Source of the DNA: Podarcis erhardii
Taxonomy: Eukaryota
Strand: one strand, 5' to 3'
Assembly (NCBI GenBank): GCA_964252035.1
Contig: OZ176202.1
Length of the DNA: 64,000 nt
Under the pieces are notes generated by a model, which had not been told where the DNA came from, made no database searches, and worked only from the letters and a program-made list of their open reading frames with translations. Shown piece after piece: positions 60,875 to 64,000 of this stretch (its first letter is position 1; the number at the start of each line of letters is the position of its first letter). The position numbers and the translations under genes are program-made.

Positions 60875-63800
60875 AATGTATATGAACTAGCCTTTTATAC
60901 TGAGGTGCAAAGCGGACTGTCCTATCATTGCGCCACGTATTCACTGACTGTGAACAGGACTGTGCCCTGCTTGTCCTTCGCTCCAGCTTCCATCAGCCAC
61001 AGCCAACATGGCCAGTTGTCATGGATAATAAGATGTGGTCCAACAAAGTCTGGAGGTTCCCCATTTCTGTACACCCCCATTCGATATCTCAATTCCATTA
61101 GCATTCCAATGCCTCAAAGAAACAGAAAGGCTGACTGAGTGAACTGCCCTCCAGCTGCCTGAGCAAGAAGGCCCCAGAGCTAATGTGGGGAAGAGGAAGA
61201 AATCAGCACAGAACTGTGGTCTCTTTCACTAGCAGTGGGGATTGGCCCTTTGCCCACTTTTGCCTGGCCGCTACCTCCAATGGGTTACTAACACCGAGGC
61301 AGTAAATTCACCCTGTAGAGTCCCCTTTTACTCCCACAAGGGTTCCATTTAGACTTAATGGAATAACTGCATCCAATTCCTAAGGTAATCAGAGTTTGTG
61401 AAGATTTAGGATTATGGTACATGATACCAGAGGAAGCAGTAAGTAATTAAGCAATGCCAGGCAGACAACCAAAACCACTCACAGCCATAAACTAAAGAGA
61501 GAGGAAATTTAAGAGGTGGAGGTAAAGGAAGCGAGCGTGAAACTGAGAGCACTGAGTGCATAAATATTTACAAAGCTGTTTTATTGGGCTGATTTATGTA
61601 CTGGTCTTATGCATGTGTTTAGTTGCCTTTCACAAGCTTTAAAGCTGACATATAAAATAGCTGTTTAGTATCATTTTCTGTAATAAATCTGTTAAATTAT
61701 TGGAGCATCTTCTGTGTAAGCACATTTGCCGGACCACCTTCCTGAGGAAAAGTGTACAATGTAAATATTTTGGAAGATATTTGAGGGGAAATGTGCTAAG
61801 GTTTGGTTCCGTTTAACTTCATGTCTCCTATTGGAAACAGCAAACAAACCAGAAAATACTTTTAGCACCTCAATTAAGTCAACATACTAAATGAGTTACC
61901 AATATGAGCTCCAGGAAGGCTAGAACCTCAATCCAGGAGGTGCTTAAACCATTTAGAGGAGCACAAGCATGACTGGCCCCCGAGGACAATTGAGTAAGGC
62001 TGTTACATGGAACCAATTCTATTAAGGGTTCCTGTCACCAACCAAAGTCCAACCATCATCCTGGTTCTCACTTGGCACAGGGCCTAGCTAGGCTGCCATC
62101 TCTAATTCTCTGGGTCTCATGCCAAGGGAAAATGTACCTATAACCTTACCAGCTTGTGACTATACAAGGTTCTTTACATTTGTAGACATATCGGTTCAGA
62201 GGCGGCATGCACCAGCTTGAACGTCAAGCAAGGTAAGAATACCATGTGGATATGTAAAAAGGTACATAAATACGCTACTCTTCAGTTAAGTAACTTCCTT
62301 CTCATTGACGGTACCCAGAACCATATCCCGTGCAAAATAGGACATTCAATGCGAGCAAACATTTGGTGGATCAGATAGGGTGGGGTCATTTATTTTAATG
62401 TTATTTAAATTTCTTTTACATTCTTCCTATGTCCATTTGAGCTCAGATATTATTGTTGTACTTTACTATTGAGGTGGGAAGGTGGGAAGATTCAGCCATT
62501 GCATTTTATGTGTCCTTCCATACCCATTCTGTTTTAATTTGAAAGTAATCTTTACAGCCCTAATGTCTCCAGGCCTGAACTGTTTGCCAAGGGTTCAAGT
62601 TATCAGGCTCTTCCATGGCATCAGGTTAGTGAAATGAGCCCACAGCCCTGCAAACAGATGCACATGATGACAGCACCTTCCAAGAATGCTGAGAATCATG
62701 GGGAATGTAGTTCCCATTGTTCTCAGTATTCCAGGGTGCTGCTGAGAATTGCAGTATTCTGGCAGGAGTTTTAAGATAAAGCAGTTGCTATGTTTGACTT
62801 CCCCGACATTCGGCCTTCTGCTATCATTCGTAGTGCAATTTTCTTTTGAGCTAGGAAACCCAGTAAGCCCAGTTTAGCATTGTCTACATTGAGGCCAGTA
62901 ACTCAACATATTGCAGAAAAATACATTTCACAGGCACTGGAGGGGGAAAGGATCTCTACTTCCAATGTTTGTGGACAATATCACTTCTTTTTAAATGAAG
63001 AAACTGGATTGCGTATTTGCCTTGATAATCTCTTGTGCCAATCAAAATTACTAGCTAGTTTATTGCTCTGGGAAGAAACGGTTCATTTACTTGGTTTGAA
63101 ATGCACCTGTCAATTTCATTTCCTTGAGCATCCTGTGTGTTTTCCCATTATAAAAGGGTATAAAAAGGAGAGGACTGGTGCTTTCTAGATATGTAACACA
63201 AGCTTTTAAAATCATACATCTGAGAGAACTTCACTTCTCTTTGCTTTCCAAGTCAGTTGTTTAGAGCTTTTTTCCCTCTCATGAGCTTAGATTAAAAGCT
63301 TAGTACACGGCAAAGAAAATGACGAACATTTCCAATTCCTCACAATTTAAAATAGGTTAATTGATGTATGCTATTCTCCGTAAACCCATTTGCAAAGCAA
63401 CATTTGTGCCTCCACCTTCAGCCTGACGGAATTTCAAACACACACAATTTGTAAGCCTTGTAAGTTTATAATGGAAGAAAATGCTTGTTAGACGATTCCA
63501 GAGTCACTGAAGCTGTGAAGGTTTTGATACATCCACAATACTACACCTCACTAAAAGTTAAGAATACACAAAAGAAGAAGTATGGTACACAGCAGTGTAT
63601 TTCCTCACCCCCATGCTCCCCATTATGGTGTAGGGTACCAGACTTCTGGAATAATGTTGAGTGGATGGAGTATAATAATGCCAAAATCAATTTAGAAAGA
63701 AGTAGATTCTGCTCCAGTTAATGGGATTATTCTTGGGAAATGATGTGGCAATTTTATTCCTGTTATCAATTTGTGTTCCACCCTAGAATAACATTCTTTC

Positions 63801-64000
63801 TCCTCTGACTGAGCCCTTGAGTCAGCTCATGGAATCTTCCTGCCTGCTCTGTTTCAAATGTGGTTGATTGCACACACACCGCCCCTCACAAACATAATGT
63901 TTTATCTGTCAATTTATCGGAAGCTGTTTGAAAAAATGACAAGTAAATTACATTAAGGTGAGACACAAAGTAAGTAAGGGCGAAATGCCCATAGTTGCTG

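Noticed and set aside
54100-64000. Search for the penultimate SMYD3 exon (...MKVGKLQLHQG...)
   Set aside because: No matching minus-strand segment found by eye; probably beyond 64000.

Overview
Eukaryotic (vertebrate) genomic DNA, most likely a lacertid lizard (Podarcis/Lacerta/Zootoca-like), judged from a near-intact POM-type Sauria SINE and the squamate repeat set. The + strand carries the last five coding exons of KIF26B (kinesin-11 family): 13951-14113, a 3,406-bp exon at 16931-20336, 33953-34152, 35590-35740 and 37372-37520. All introns are GT-AG and the phases join into one frame. The 3' UTR follows, with AATAAA at 38144. The - strand carries the last coding exon of SMYD3 (54099-53998) and part of its last intron, so the genes are tail-to-tail as in mammals. 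The rest is intronic or intergenic DNA with CR1 and L2 LINE ends, several SINE types, TA-flanked Tc1/mariner-pogo MITEs, hAT-like MITEs and microsatellites. I found no prokaryotic systems, CRISPR arrays, true tRNA/rRNA genes or convincing novel gene. The best leads are: two tandem SSGxxS candidate beta-TrCP degrons in the KIF26B tail; several Hox/Pbx/Meis/Six motif clusters that may be KIF26B enhancers, some inside the SMYD3 intron; a 570-bp transposon folding into a 58-bp hairpin; a SINE nested in a LINE tail with an exact TSD; and an unexplained diverged ~220-bp duplication. Gene and repeat-family names come from my recall of sequences, not from a database search.
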